Shown one piece after another: positions 38,993 through 49,646 of a DNA stretch of 64,000 nucleotides (the first letter of the stretch is position 1; the number at the start of each line of letters is the position of its first letter). A program made the position numbers and the translations under genes. This DNA is from Lachnospiraceae bacterium (lineage in GTDB: Bacteria; Bacillota; Clostridia; Lachnospirales; Lachnospiraceae), in NCBI GenBank assembly GCA_963598245.1, contig CAVBSU010000001.1, forward strand, positions 6,854 to 70,853. Reading direction: 5' to 3'. The notes beneath the pieces were generated by a model. It had not been told where the DNA came from. It made no database searches and was given only the letters and a program-made list of their open reading frames with translations.

Positions 38993-40474
38993 ATGATCAG
39001 CTTTTTGATTTGTTTAATTATACTTATAGCCGGTTACTTTATATATGGAAAAATCGTAAGTAACTCCTTTAACCCCGATGACAGAGAAACTCCGGCGATT
39101 GCAATAGATGACGGCATCGACTATGTCGTTCTGCCGAGATGGAAGCTGTTTCTTGTTCAGTTTCTCAACATCACCGGCCTGGGTCCTGTTTACGGAGCTC
39201 TTCAGGGTGCTTTATGGGGTCCTGTCGTTTTTCTGTGGATTACCTTCGGCACTATTTTTGCAGGCGGTGTACATGACTATTTCTCGGGAATGCTCTCGGA
39301 AAGAAATAACGGAGCTTCCATTTCCGAGGTTACCGGAAAATATCTGGGCACTCCCATGAAAAATATGATGAGAATTTTTTCTGTTATTCTCCTTATTGTG
39401 ATCGGTGCAGTCTTTGCAGTAAGTCCGGCAGGGCTTATCGTTACCCTCTTTGAGGGAAAGGGCTTTGACGGAATTTCTACCTCCGCTGCCATATGGCTTA
39501 CAATCATACTCATTTATTATTTTATTGCGACCTTTCTTTCCATTGACAAAATTATAGGTAAAATATATCCGATATTTGGCATTTGCCTTTTTGCTATGGC
39601 TGTCGGTGTTTTCTTCGGTGTTCTTTTTAAACCTGAATATGAAATACCCGAGATATGGTCCAACTTTGCAAACATGCATCCTGAGCATACCCCTATCTGG
39701 AGCTTCATGTTTATAACAGTTGCCTGCGGTGCTATTTCAGGCTTCCATTCTACCCAGTCTCCCATTATGGCCCGTTGCCTTTCTTCAGAAAAGCAGGGGC
39801 AGTTCGTATTTTACGGTGCCATGGTTTTAGAGGGTGTAATAGCCCTTATCTGGGCTGCTGCAGGATGTGCCGTCTATGAAACAGCCGGAGGACTGAACAC
39901 CGGACTTTTGAAAATACTTAATCTTGGTCAGTCGGCAGCTATTTATGATATCACATTGAGAATTATGGGACCTGTAGGTGTTGTTCTTGCCATGATAGGT
40001 GTTGTTGTGTGCCCTGTAACCTCGGGTGATACGGCCTTTCGTGCGGCAAGGCTTGCTTTATCCGACTGGCTCGGCATTGAACAGGAATCCTATGCCGGAA
40101 GACTTAAGCTTTGTATTCCCGTGCTTGCGGCAGGTGCTCTTATAGGTTTCCTCAATGTCTTTAACATAATCAGCTATCAGGCTGTCTGGAGATATTTTTC
40201 ATGGGCCAATCAGACGCTTGCCACGCTTGTTCTCTGGACAAGCTCGATGTACCTTGCAATACACAAGAAGAATTTCTGGATCTGCGTCATACCCGCCACA
40301 TTTATGAGTGCCGTTACGGTAACATATTTTTGTATGGCAGAGGAATGTCTGGGAATGATGCCTTTCTTCAGAGATAACACAGCCTTTGCCTATCCGACAG
40401 GCATAATCGCTGCGCTTTTATTCCTGGCTCTTTTTATGAAAAAGTCCCGAAAATATCGCCGTAACACATATTGA
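38993..40474 (+). CDS. cstA: carbon starvation protein CstA family transporter
   Basis: 493 aa, polytopic. The N-terminal block FLNITGLGPVYGALQGALWGPVVFLWI...GGVHDY is typical of CstA. Confidence 0.88.
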   Translation: MISFLICLIILIAGYFIYGKIVSNSFNPDDRETPAIAIDDGIDYVVLPRWKLFLVQFLNITGLGPVYGALQGALWGPVVFLWITFGTIFAGGVHDYFSGMLSERNNGASISEVTGKYLGTPMKNMMRIFSVILLIVIGAVFAVSPAGLIVTLFEGKGFDGISTSAAIWLTIILIYYFIATFLSIDKIIGKIYPIFGICLFAMAVGVFFGVLFKPEYEIPEIWSNFANMHPEHTPIWSFMFITVACGAISGFHSTQSPIMARCLSSEKQGQFVFYGAMVLEGVIALIWAAAGCAVYETAGGLNTGLLKILNLGQSAAIYDITLRIMGPVGVVLAMIGVVVCPVTSGDTAFRAARLALSDWLGIEQESYAGRLKLCIPVLAAGALIGFLNVFNIISYQAVWRYFSWANQTLATLVLWTSSMYLAIHKKNFWICVIPATFMSAVTVTYFCMAEECLGMMPFFRDNTAFAYPTGIIAALLFLALFMKKSRKYRRNTY

Positions 40475-40485
40475 AAGGGTACTTC

Positions 40486-41241
40486 ATGACCGTAAATAAT
40501 GATAAGCAGATGCTTTCTCTTTTTGTAGATACCGGCCGCCTGATGCTGCAGAGCGGTGCCGAGATAGGGCGTGCCGACACGACCATCAAGCTTATGGGAC
40601 AGGCCTACGGTGCTGTTCAGACGGATATTCTGGCAATCACGAACTTCCTTGTTGTCACTATGATTATGCCCTGCGGCAATGAATATACCATCACAAGAAG
40701 AATAAACTCCATGGGAACTGACTTTGGCCGCATAGAAGCACTTAACGCCTTAAGCCGCAGCTACTGTGCGAGTCCCTTTAGCGCTGATGAACTCAGAGCC
40801 AAACTCAGTTTTATAGCTGCAAAGCCTAAAAATCCGCTTAAAAGCTATGCCGGAAATGCTCTTGTAGGGTTCATGTTCTCGGCCTTTTTTGGTGCATCAC
40901 TTCCCGATGCCGTAGTGTGCTCCATTCTCTCGCTCTTTGTATGCTATGTATCGAAACATCTTGCGAAATACTGTTCCTCAAATATCTTTTATAATTTTCT
41001 GTGTTCGCTTATTTCCGGCTTCTCTGCCTGTATGGTACAGCTTTTTCTTCCCATTCATGTTGATAAGGTCATGATGGGACTTATAATGCTCATGATTCCC
41101 GGAAGAGCGCTTACCAATTCGATAAAGGATATCTTTCTGGGAGATACATTGTCCGGAATAATGCGTTTTACCGAGGCGCTTTTCTGCGGAGCCGCAATAG
41201 CCTTCGGATTTATTATCCCTGTATTTGTTATGGGAGCGTAG
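40486..41241 (+). CDS. threonine/serine exporter family protein (ThrE N-type, DUF1212)
   Basis: GRLMLQSGAEIGRADTTI motif. I prefer the ATG at 40486 (GAAAGGG 6 nt upstream) over the TTG at 40471. Confidence 0.8.
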   Translation: MTVNNDKQMLSLFVDTGRLMLQSGAEIGRADTTIKLMGQAYGAVQTDILAITNFLVVTMIMPCGNEYTITRRINSMGTDFGRIEALNALSRSYCASPFSADELRAKLSFIAAKPKNPLKSYAGNALVGFMFSAFFGASLPDAVVCSILSLFVCYVSKHLAKYCSSNIFYNFLCSLISGFSACMVQLFLPIHVDKVMMGLIMLMIPGRALTNSIKDIFLGDTLSGIMRFTEALFCGAAIAFGFIIPVFVMGA

Positions 41242-41715
41242 ATGTGTGAAATGATTGATTTCAGCTTGCTATTAAGTATTTTTACATCAGTTGCCGGTTC
41301 GGTTGGCTTTGCGATGGTCTGGAATATGGAAAATAAATATATACCCTATGCCGCCCTCATTGCCTTCTGCACCCGAACCTGCGAGCTTGTTTTTGACAGG
41401 CTTACAGGCGGAACTTTCCTGCCTGCGCTTATTGCAACCTTTGCTGCCGTGCTGGTAGCAGAAGTCATGGCACGAATAACAAAAACCACTGCCGCGCAGT
41501 TTCGCATCTCCGGCATAGTATGCCTGATACCGGGATCCGGCTTATATAATACCATGAACTGCCTCATACGCTCCGATACCGTCGGAGTGCACAGCTATGC
41601 GACTGCTACTGCACACGGTGTTCTGGGTATTGCCGGGGGCATTTGCCTGGGAAGTGCCATGCTTTACATGCTAAGAGTAATTCTGGATAAAGACAGAGAC
41701 GACTTTGCATACTGA
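41242..41715 (+). CDS. threonine/serine exporter family protein (ThrE C-type, DUF3815)
   Basis: 157 aa with 4-5 TM segments, abutting the previous gene in the usual two-gene arrangement. Confidence 0.75.
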   Translation: MCEMIDFSLLLSIFTSVAGSVGFAMVWNMENKYIPYAALIAFCTRTCELVFDRLTGGTFLPALIATFAAVLVAEVMARITKTTAAQFRISGIVCLIPGSGLYNTMNCLIRSDTVGVHSYATATAHGVLGIAGGICLGSAMLYMLRVILDKDRDDFAY

Positions 41716-41774
41716 ATTAAAACGAGGACGAACAAAACTCGTCCCCGATTGATATTAAGATTATTTATTTTAAA

Positions 41775-43121
41775 TTAACATATTCCCTGCGCCATCATGG
41801 CATCGGCTACCTTCAGGAAGCCTGCAATATTGGCGCCTGCCACAAGATTGTAGCCAAGACCATACTTTTCTGCCGCCTCGGCGGAGGAATCATGAATGCT
41901 TGTCATGATCGTACGAAGCTTTTCGTCTACCTCCCCTGCTGACCATGAAAGTCTTTCGGAATTCTGACTCATCTCAAGTCCGCTTACCAAAACTCCGCCT
42001 GCATTGGCTGCCTTGGACGGAGCTACGGTAATGTCCTTTTCCATGAGATACTTCAGTGCTTCATTCGTTGTAGGCATATTCGAAACTTCAATATAATACT
42101 TCGCTCCGGAGGCAAGTATTTTTTCTGCTTCTTCCATGCTTACCTCGTTTTGTGTTGCGCACGGCATCACGATATCAGCCTTTATTCCGTAAGGCTTTTC
42201 ATTCGTGAAGAATTCAGCTCCGAATTTTTCTGCATAATCCTTCAGCTTTACTTTGCCTGATCTTGCATCCAGAAGAAAGCTTATTTTTTCCTCTGTTGTA
42301 ATTCCGGCTTTATCAAGAATGTAGCCTGCAGAACCTGAAATGGTAATGGGCTTTGCGCCAAGCTCCGTGAGCTTTTTAATTGCGCCCCATGTGACATTGC
42401 CGTAACCGGTAAGGACTACAGTCTTTCCTTTAAGCTCATCTTTCCGGTGCTTAAGCACTGCCTGAAGATAGTATACTGCACCATATCCTGTTGCTTCGGG
42501 ACGGATAAGAGAACCGCCATAGGAAAAAGCCTTTCCTGTAAGCACACCCCTTTCGGCTGCTCCGCGAATTTTCCGGTACTGCCCGTAAAGATATCCGATT
42601 TCTCGTCCTCCTACGCCTATGTCACCTGCCGGAACATCCGTATCAGGTCCTATGTGCCTGTAAAGCTCCGCCATGAAGGACTGACAGAAGCGCATAACCT
42701 CTCTGTCGCTCTTTCCCTTGGGATCAAAATCAGAACCTCCCTTACCGCCTCCCATGGGAAGCGTTGTAAGGCTGTTTTTAAATGTCTGCTCAAAGCCAAG
42801 AAACTTAAGTATGGACAGATTTACAGAAGGATGAAAGCGGAGTCCGCCCTTGTAAGGTCCTATAGCACCGTTAAACTGAATTCTGTATCCGCGGTTTACA
42901 TGCACATTTCCTGCATCATCCTCCCACGGAACTCTGAACATGATGACCCGCTCCGGCTCTGTCATTCTCTCAAGCAAAGCCTCTCTCTCATACTCGGGAT
43001 GAGCATCTATAACCGGCTCAAGTGAGGCGAGAACCTCTTCCACTGTCTGAAGAAACTCCGGCTCATTTTGATTCTTAGCTTTACATTCTTCAATTACGCG
43101 TTTAATATACTCGTTTTTCAT
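41775..43121 (-). CDS. gdhA: NADP-specific glutamate dehydrogenase
   Basis: 448 aa with PMGGGKGGSDFDPKGKS and GNVTWGA motifs. Confidence 0.95.
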   Translation of the reverse strand: MKNEYIKRVIEECKAKNQNEPEFLQTVEEVLASLEPVIDAHPEYEREALLERMTEPERVIMFRVPWEDDAGNVHVNRGYRIQFNGAIGPYKGGLRFHPSVNLSILKFLGFEQTFKNSLTTLPMGGGKGGSDFDPKGKSDREVMRFCQSFMAELYRHIGPDTDVPAGDIGVGGREIGYLYGQYRKIRGAAERGVLTGKAFSYGGSLIRPEATGYGAVYYLQAVLKHRKDELKGKTVVLTGYGNVTWGAIKKLTELGAKPITISGSAGYILDKAGITTEEKISFLLDARSGKVKLKDYAEKFGAEFFTNEKPYGIKADIVMPCATQNEVSMEEAEKILASGAKYYIEVSNMPTTNEALKYLMEKDITVAPSKAANAGGVLVSGLEMSQNSERLSWSAGEVDEKLRTIMTSIHDSSAEAAEKYGLGYNLVAGANIAGFLKVADAMMAQGIC

Positions 43122-43454
43122 ATTCCCTCCTTTTTACCGTCCGTCAATTTGTCTGATTGAAATCACACGGCAGCCTTCTTTCAGGTGGTGTTGTGATTGT
43201 CGTCAAACAGACATGTCGACTTTCTTCCTTTTTCACAAAAGACGCCGGTCCTGCCTGAAAGCAGAACTGACGCCCTTGTTCTTAGAGGATATCATGAATA
43301 AAAGCTTTCGACCAATATAAAAACCTTATAACTGCTATAAAGTTTTACTGCAATGTCAATGTTTCGCAGTATTGCAAAGAATAATTGCATATGACACAAT
43401 CACGGTGATAAGATAGTACGATACAGGCATATGATATATAAGGAGGTTTCAACT

Positions 43455-43865
43455 ATGAGCAAGTATTCAGATAAGGCCATGGCCTTAAGAAATGACCCTA
43501 ATACCCATTATAATTGTGCGCAGTCCGTAGTGATGGCATTTGCAGAGCCTGCCGGAATTACCGATGAAACAGCTTTTAATGTATCTTCCAACTTCGGTTC
43601 CGGAATGAAAATGGCAAGCGTCTGCGGAGCTATTACCGGAGGACTTATGACACTTGGTCTTTTCGGGCTTAACAGTCAGGAGATTGTAAACAGCTTCTAC
43701 AGCATATTCAAAAAAAATCACAACAATATGCTTCTGTGCGAAGAGCTTCTCCGTGTCAATGCTTCTACCGATAAGCCCAAAAAACAGCACTGCGATGAAA
43801 TGGTATACGAGTCTGTTGCCGCTGTTGAGGAAATACTGAGAAATCAAATGATTCTTACAGACTGA
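43455..43865 (+). CDS. C_GCAxxG_C_C family protein
   Basis: YNCAQSVVMAF plus a downstream CGAITGG and C-terminal Cys residues. ATG at 43455 behind AAGGAGG. Confidence 0.75.
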   Translation: MSKYSDKAMALRNDPNTHYNCAQSVVMAFAEPAGITDETAFNVSSNFGSGMKMASVCGAITGGLMTLGLFGLNSQEIVNSFYSIFKKNHNNMLLCEELLRVNASTDKPKKQHCDEMVYESVAAVEEILRNQMILTD

Positions 43866-44019
43866 TGATTTAAGGAGCTTCACATTTGCAATTTCAGCTA
43901 TGTGCAAGCTTCTTTTCTTCACTTATTCACAATTTTTTCAGGAACGTTTCGGCCAATATGCATTGAACTCAAACCGTTTTTTTTGTAAAATACTATTATT
44001 TAAAAAACGGAGGTATCTC

Positions 44020-45555
44020 TTGCGTAACATTAGTGTTCTTAAAGAGAAGCTTAATGAAGCTCTCGTCGCTGTCATGCCTATCGTCGGTATTGTTCTGGTC
44101 CTGTGCTTCTCCATAGCACCTATTTCATCAAGCATATTGCTCTGCTTCCTTATGGGAGCTGCCATGATTATCATCGGCATGATGTTCTTTACTCTGGGTG
44201 CGGAAATGGCGATGACTCCCATGGGTGAGCGGATGGGTGCTGCTATCACGAAAAGCCGAAGGCTGTGGCTCATAATTTCAATAGGCTTTTTGCTCGGCTT
44301 TATTATTACCATTTCAGAGCCTGACTTGCAGGTTCTTGCTACTCAGGTTCCGTCAGTTCCCAACATGACTCTTATTCTTTCGGTGGCCTGCGGAGTAGGG
44401 GCATTTCTCGTTGTCGCTCTTCTCAGAATGCTTTTTGCCGTGGCATTGCCGCCGCTACTCCTTATCTTTTACTTGATTGTTTTCTTATTGGCACAGTTCG
44501 TGCCGTCAAGCTTTTTGGGCGTTGCCTTTGATTCCGGCGGCGTTACCACCGGTCCTATGACTGTTCCTTTTATTATGGCATTCGGTGTAGGTATTTCTGC
44601 CATCCGAAGTGACCGGCATGCAGCTGACGACAGCTTCGGTCTGGTTGCGTTGTGCTCCATCGGTCCAATACTTGCCGTCATGATTCTTGGCATGCTCTAT
44701 AATCCGGACAGCGCGGCCTATACGCCTGCTTCCATTCCTGATATAAGCTCTTCCACCGAGCTCTGGGCTCTTTTTTCAGAAGGACTTCCGACATATATAA
44801 AAGAAATAGCCGTATCGCTTTTCCCTATCGCCGCATTTTTCGGCCTATTCCAGATGCTTATGCTGAAGCTCCCTAAAAATGAGCTTATTAAAATACTGGT
44901 CGGTCTTTTTTATACCTATGTAGGACTTGTATTATTCCTTACCGGCGCCAATGTAGGCTTCCTTCCTGCCGGAAATTTTATCGGGCAGGAGCTTGCTGCC
45001 GGAAATATCTCATGGATTATAGTTCCCATAGCAATGCTTATCGGATATTTCATTGTAAAAGCTGAGCCTGCCGTATATGTCCTCAATAAACAGGTTGAAG
45101 AGCTTACCGACGGTGCAATATCGGCAAAGGCAATGGGACTGAGTCTTTCCATCGGCGTTGCCTGTTCGCTGGGGCTTGCAATGATAAGAGTTCTTACCGG
45201 AATATCAATCATGTGGTTAATGCTCCCGGGTTATGCTATTGCCCTTACTATTTCCTTCTTTGTTCCCAAGATTTATACCGCCATTGCATTTGACTCCGGC
45301 GGAGTTGCCTCCGGACCCATGACGGCATGCTTCCTGCTGCCTTTCGCGCAGGGTGCATGTACGGCTGTCGGCGGTGACATCGTGGCAGATGCCTTCGGTG
45401 TGGTTGCCATGGTTGCCATGACGCCGCTTATTACCATACAGGTGCTCGGCCTTATTTCCCAGATAACTGCCAAACAACATGCTGCAGCGGAAGAACCTTC
45501 CTATGTGGGAGTATCTCTGGATGAACTTCCTGAGGACACCATCATTGAGCTTTAA
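44020..45555 (+). CDS. fused tandem DUF1538 membrane protein
   Basis: Two homologous halves each carry FTLGAEM/LTGANVG and AFDSGGV(T/A)(T/S)GPMT blocks (near 44518-44570 and 45281-45330). TTG start at 44020, 6 nt after GGAGG. The upstream part of the ORF-track frame is unlikely to be coding. Confidence 0.7.
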   Translation: MRNISVLKEKLNEALVAVMPIVGIVLVLCFSIAPISSSILLCFLMGAAMIIIGMMFFTLGAEMAMTPMGERMGAAITKSRRLWLIISIGFLLGFIITISEPDLQVLATQVPSVPNMTLILSVACGVGAFLVVALLRMLFAVALPPLLLIFYLIVFLLAQFVPSSFLGVAFDSGGVTTGPMTVPFIMAFGVGISAIRSDRHAADDSFGLVALCSIGPILAVMILGMLYNPDSAAYTPASIPDISSSTELWALFSEGLPTYIKEIAVSLFPIAAFFGLFQMLMLKLPKNELIKILVGLFYTYVGLVLFLTGANVGFLPAGNFIGQELAAGNISWIIVPIAMLIGYFIVKAEPAVYVLNKQVEELTDGAISAKAMGLSLSIGVACSLGLAMIRVLTGISIMWLMLPGYAIALTISFFVPKIYTAIAFDSGGVASGPMTACFLLPFAQGACTAVGGDIVADAFGVVAMVAMTPLITIQVLGLISQITAKQHAAAEEPSYVGVSLDELPEDTIIEL

Positions 45556-45606
45556 TAAGCTTAGGTCAATGTCTCTATATTGCTTTTTATCGAAAGGTTT
45601 TTGTCT

Positions 45607-46302
45607 ATGAATAATCTTTTCTGGATGATAACAATAACAGACCGTCACAGTACCCAGAAATTTACGGATTTCTATCAGAAATATGGCGTAGACATTGCCC
45701 TGTGTACCGTAGGGCGCGGTACTGCGGCCAGCGAGGTCTTGGGCTTTCTCGGGCTGGATATTACCGAAAAAGTGGTAATCTTTGCCACTGTGACCGGAAC
45801 TGTCTGGAAGGGCATAAAATATGGTTTGCAGAACCGCATGCGGATAGATGTGCCGGGAACAGGAATTGCATTTATCATTCCTCATTCAAGCATCGGCGGT
45901 AAGAAAACTCTCATGTTTCTCACCCACGGTCAGGATTTTGTGAAAGGAGAGGAGTCTGTTTTGAAGGATACAAAATATGAGCTTTTGGTTGCTATTATAA
46001 ATAAGGGATACTCGGATCTGGTTATGGATGCCGCCCGTGAAGCGGGAGCCGGCGGCGGAACAGTCATCCATGCTAAGGGTACCGGCATGAAAAAGGCTGA
46101 ACAGTTCATGGGTATGTCTCTCGCCTCCGAAAAAGAGCTTATCTTTACTGTGGTAAAATCCCGGAAAAAAAATGATATCATGAAATCCATCATGGATAAA
46201 GCCGGACTTGAAACAAAAGCCAAGGCCATAGTATTTTCACTTCCCGTTACGGAAACTGCCGGCATGCGCCTTATGGAGGATGAGGATGAGACTGCCTCAT
46301 AA
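45607..46302 (+). CDS. fused tandem PII-like (GlnB-fold) protein
   Basis: Two ~100-aa repeats. The second is clearly PII-like (LLVAIINKGYSDLVMDAAREAGAGGGTVIHAKGTG) and the first is more divergent. ATG at 45607. Confidence 0.65.
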   Translation: MNNLFWMITITDRHSTQKFTDFYQKYGVDIALCTVGRGTAASEVLGFLGLDITEKVVIFATVTGTVWKGIKYGLQNRMRIDVPGTGIAFIIPHSSIGGKKTLMFLTHGQDFVKGEESVLKDTKYELLVAIINKGYSDLVMDAAREAGAGGGTVIHAKGTGMKKAEQFMGMSLASEKELIFTVVKSRKKNDIMKSIMDKAGLETKAKAIVFSLPVTETAGMRLMEDEDETAS

Positions 46303-46346
46303 TCTGCTGCATTTTGCACGCAGTCTACTCTGCTTTGATGAATTTT

Positions 46347-46377
46347 AAAAGGAGGCTTTAGTTTGCCTCCTTTTTTT
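46347..46377. terminator. bidirectional intrinsic terminator
   Basis: AAAAGGAGGC-N8-GCCUCCUUUU followed by a T-run, between convergent genes. Confidence 0.8.
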
Positions 46378-46378
46378 C

Positions 46379-48340
46379 TCAGCTTTCTTCCTGTGATATG
46401 GTTTTCTCCATTTCAGCCGCCTTCGCCTGCTCCTCTATGACATTTTCCTTGGAATTAAGTATGCTCATGAATTCCTCACCCGTGATGGTTTCCTTTTCAT
46501 AGAGATACTTTACTATTTCGTGCAGCTTCATGATATTGTCTTCCAATATCTTGTAGGCTTTCTCATGCTGTCTTCTTACAAGGCCTATTACGGCGTCATC
46601 AATATTCTTCTGGGTTTCCTCAGAGCATGCTATGGACATGTCTCCGCCCAGATAAGCATTGTTCTTTGACTGAAGAGCTACCATATCGAAGCTTTCACTC
46701 ATGCCGTACTGCGTGTACATGGCTCTTGCAATCTTGGTGGCCTGTTCTATATCGTTAGAGGCCCCCGTAGTGATGCTTTTAAATATAAGCTCTTCCGCAG
46801 CGCGCCCTCCTGTAAGAGTAGCAATTTTATTTTCCAGCTCCTCCTTACTCATGAGATAATGATTTCCTTCTTCATCTACCTGCATGGTATATCCGAGTGC
46901 GCCTGAGGTGCGGGGGATAATCGTAATCTTATGTACCGGTGCTGAATTATTCTGCATCGCCGCAACCATTGCGTGTCCCACCTCGTGATAGGCTACAATA
47001 AGCTTTTCTTTATTGGTAAGCACCTTGTTTTTCTTTTTATAACCGGCCATTACGACCTCGATACTCTCTTCAAGATCCTGCTGATTTACTCTCTCTCGTC
47101 CCGCTTTTACAGCACGAAGCGCTGCCTCATTTATCATGTTTGCAAGCTCTGCTCCCGAGGCACCGGGGCAGGCCTTTGCTATACTGTCATAGTTGATATT
47201 GCCCGCCATTTTTACATTCTTCGCATGAACCTTGAGAATGTCTACTCTTCCCTGCATATCCGGAAGCTCTACCGGCACGCGTCTGTCGAAACGACCCGGC
47301 CTTAAAAGAGCCGGATCCAGAGCGTCAGGCTGGTTTGTAGCAGCAAGAATAATGATTCCCTTTGAACCGTCAAAGCCATCCATCTCCGTAAGAAGCTGAT
47401 TGAGAGTCTGCTCTCTTTCGTCATTTCCGCCTAAGCCGCTGCCGTTTCGCTTCTTTCCTATGGCATCTATCTCGTCTATGAAAATGATACATGGGGCTTT
47501 TTCCTGCGCCTGCTTAAAGAGGTCTCTTACCTTTGCGGCACCCATGCCCACATAAAGCTCTACAAATTCAGATCCCGAGATGCTGAAAAACGGTACGTCG
47601 GCCTCGCCTGCCACAGCCTTTGCCAAAAGAGTTTTTCCTGTTCCCGGAGGACCGACAAGCAACGCTCCCTTGGGTATTTTTGCACCGATGTCGCTGTATT
47701 TCTTCGGATTATGAAGAAAATCTACTATTTCTGCAAGCAGTTCCTTAGCTTCCTCTTCTCCGGCTACATCCTTAAACTTTACTCCGGTCTTTTCCTTATC
47801 ATATATCTTCGCATTCGATTTTCCGAAGCCTCCCATAAAACCGCCCATGCCGCCCATGGATGCCATCTTTTTGGAAAGCCTTGAACCGAACCAGATAAGG
47901 ATTATAAACGGAAGCAGGTTGTATAATATCAGCCAGACCGGGGATATCGTAGTCGGTATTTCCTGCGTAAATGTAGCTCCCGCCCTGTACATGCGGTCTA
48001 CTTCCCCAAAGTAGTTATTTATGCGTCCTGTTTTGTATATCTCACCCTCAGCTCCTGATTTTAATGTATAGGTTATCGAGTTATCGTCGAGCTGGACCTG
48101 ATCGACATTGGACTTATCCAGTTCTGTTAAAAATTCCGAGTAGGATGTTGTCTGTATGCTCTTCTCTCTCAGATAAGGCACAAGCATGGCATTTATAAGA
48201 AACAGCACTGCAAGGGCCACGATGTAGTAAACAAGCATGGGCTTATTTGGCTTCGGAAACATGTTATTTGATCCGCTGCCGTCATACTTGCTTTTATTTG
48301 GGTCATTCTGATAGTCAAAAATATTGCCTAGGTTTGCCAT
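46379..48340 (-). CDS. ftsH: ATP-dependent zinc metalloprotease FtsH
   Basis: 653 aa with Walker [12 protein letters not shown] and the zinc motif HEVGHA. Confidence 0.95.
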   Translation of the reverse strand: MANLGNIFDYQNDPNKSKYDGSGSNNMFPKPNKPMLVYYIVALAVLFLINAMLVPYLREKSIQTTSYSEFLTELDKSNVDQVQLDDNSITYTLKSGAEGEIYKTGRINNYFGEVDRMYRAGATFTQEIPTTISPVWLILYNLLPFIILIWFGSRLSKKMASMGGMGGFMGGFGKSNAKIYDKEKTGVKFKDVAGEEEAKELLAEIVDFLHNPKKYSDIGAKIPKGALLVGPPGTGKTLLAKAVAGEADVPFFSISGSEFVELYVGMGAAKVRDLFKQAQEKAPCIIFIDEIDAIGKKRNGSGLGGNDEREQTLNQLLTEMDGFDGSKGIIILAATNQPDALDPALLRPGRFDRRVPVELPDMQGRVDILKVHAKNVKMAGNINYDSIAKACPGASGAELANMINEAALRAVKAGRERVNQQDLEESIEVVMAGYKKKNKVLTNKEKLIVAYHEVGHAMVAAMQNNSAPVHKITIIPRTSGALGYTMQVDEEGNHYLMSKEELENKIATLTGGRAAEELIFKSITTGASNDIEQATKIARAMYTQYGMSESFDMVALQSKNNAYLGGDMSIACSEETQKNIDDAVIGLVRRQHEKAYKILEDNIMKLHEIVKYLYEKETITGEEFMSILNSKENVIEEQAKAAEMEKTISQEES

Positions 48341-48579
48341 ATTTCTCCTGTTTTTATTTTTTCAATACTTTTTTATGTTTAGCAGTCTTCCTTTCGGACT
48401 GCTAATCGTAGTATAGATGTGTTCCTGGCTTTGTGCAAGCAATCGGGCATAACTTTCACACATTGTTTGCAAAGCCCGGGCGGAACTGTTTTTCATTATG
48501 CGCCATATACAAAATTTCTTTTGCAATCAAGCCCTGCATCGGTATTCGTGACCCTTTGATATCAGTATCATGCTATAAT

Positions 48580-49515
48580 ATGATACTGATGAATGATGAA
48601 TTTTTAAAAAATTTATACTCTGATTGTACTTTGTGTCCCAGACACTGTGGCGTAAACAGATACCGGGAAGTCGGATTCTGCAAAGCCGGTACACTTCCCC
48701 GTATAGCAAGGGCAGCACTCCATATGTGGGAAGAGCCGGTATTAAGCGGAAGCGGCGGTTCAGGGGCTGTATTCTTCTCAAACTGCACCTTAAGATGTGT
48801 TTTTTGTCAAAATCATGAAATAAGTGCGACCGGTTTTGGGCGTGATATCAGCATTGAAGCTTTGTCGGATATTTTTCTTAAGCTTCAGGAGAACGGAGCG
48901 CAAAATATAGACCTCATTACCGCCTCGCATTATCTTCCGTCAGTCACAGCCGCTCTGGAGCTTGTAAAACATAAGCTTAGCATTCCTGTAGTCTATAATT
49001 GCGGCGGATATGAAGATATTGAAAGCCTCCGGCTTCTTGAAGGATATATAGATATCTATCTTCCCGATATAAAATATTACTCCGACGCACTTGCAGTGCG
49101 ATATTCAGCCGCTCCGAATTATTTTAAAACAGCCATCTCCGCTGTAAATGAAATGATAAGACAGGTTGGCCGCCCGGTATATGAAACAGCTGCATCTTCG
49201 AAGCTCATCCGGGGCGTCATTATACGCCATATGGTACTTCCTTCCAATCGCAATGACTCTATTCAGCTTATGAATGTCATAGCAGAACATTTTGATGCCG
49301 GAGACTATCTGATAAGCATAATGAGCCAATACACCCCATTTTACAAAACATTGACCGACGAAAAATATAAGGAAATATCGAGAAGACTTACAAGCTTCGA
49401 ATACGACTCTGTAGTGCGTGAAGCACTAAAGCTTGGCATGAACGGCTTCATGCAGAAAAAAAGCTCGGCAAAAGAAGAATATACCCCCACCTTTAACCTT
49501 GAAGGAGTACCGTAA
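48580..49515 (+). CDS. radical SAM protein (PflX-like activase family)
   Basis: CTLCPRHCGVNR N-terminal Cys cluster and CxxxCxxC (CTLRCVFCQN). The start is uncertain (48580 or 48589), and the 49-codon upstream extension is rejected. Confidence 0.8.
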   Translation: MILMNDEFLKNLYSDCTLCPRHCGVNRYREVGFCKAGTLPRIARAALHMWEEPVLSGSGGSGAVFFSNCTLRCVFCQNHEISATGFGRDISIEALSDIFLKLQENGAQNIDLITASHYLPSVTAALELVKHKLSIPVVYNCGGYEDIESLRLLEGYIDIYLPDIKYYSDALAVRYSAAPNYFKTAISAVNEMIRQVGRPVYETAASSKLIRGVIIRHMVLPSNRNDSIQLMNVIAEHFDAGDYLISIMSQYTPFYKTLTDEKYKEISRRLTSFEYDSVVREALKLGMNGFMQKKSSAKEEYTPTFNLEGVP

Positions 49516-49646
49516 CCGTAATATTTACAAATCGAACATCTGCGCCATATGATAAAATACACTGATAAACAAGATGATTTTGTGATATCATACTCTAAAA
49601 GTGTTGACGAATGATTGTAAGCACCAAGTGCTTGCACTTGTGTGCA

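Noticed and set aside
45217-45885. 222-aa minus-strand ORF
   Set aside because: It is antisense to the DUF1538 and PII-like genes, with no RBS or motif. Other long shadow ORFs were rejected for the same reason: 15925-16638, 16957-17499, 33305-33943, 36997-37536, 42447-43025, 50046-50582 and 61586-62164.
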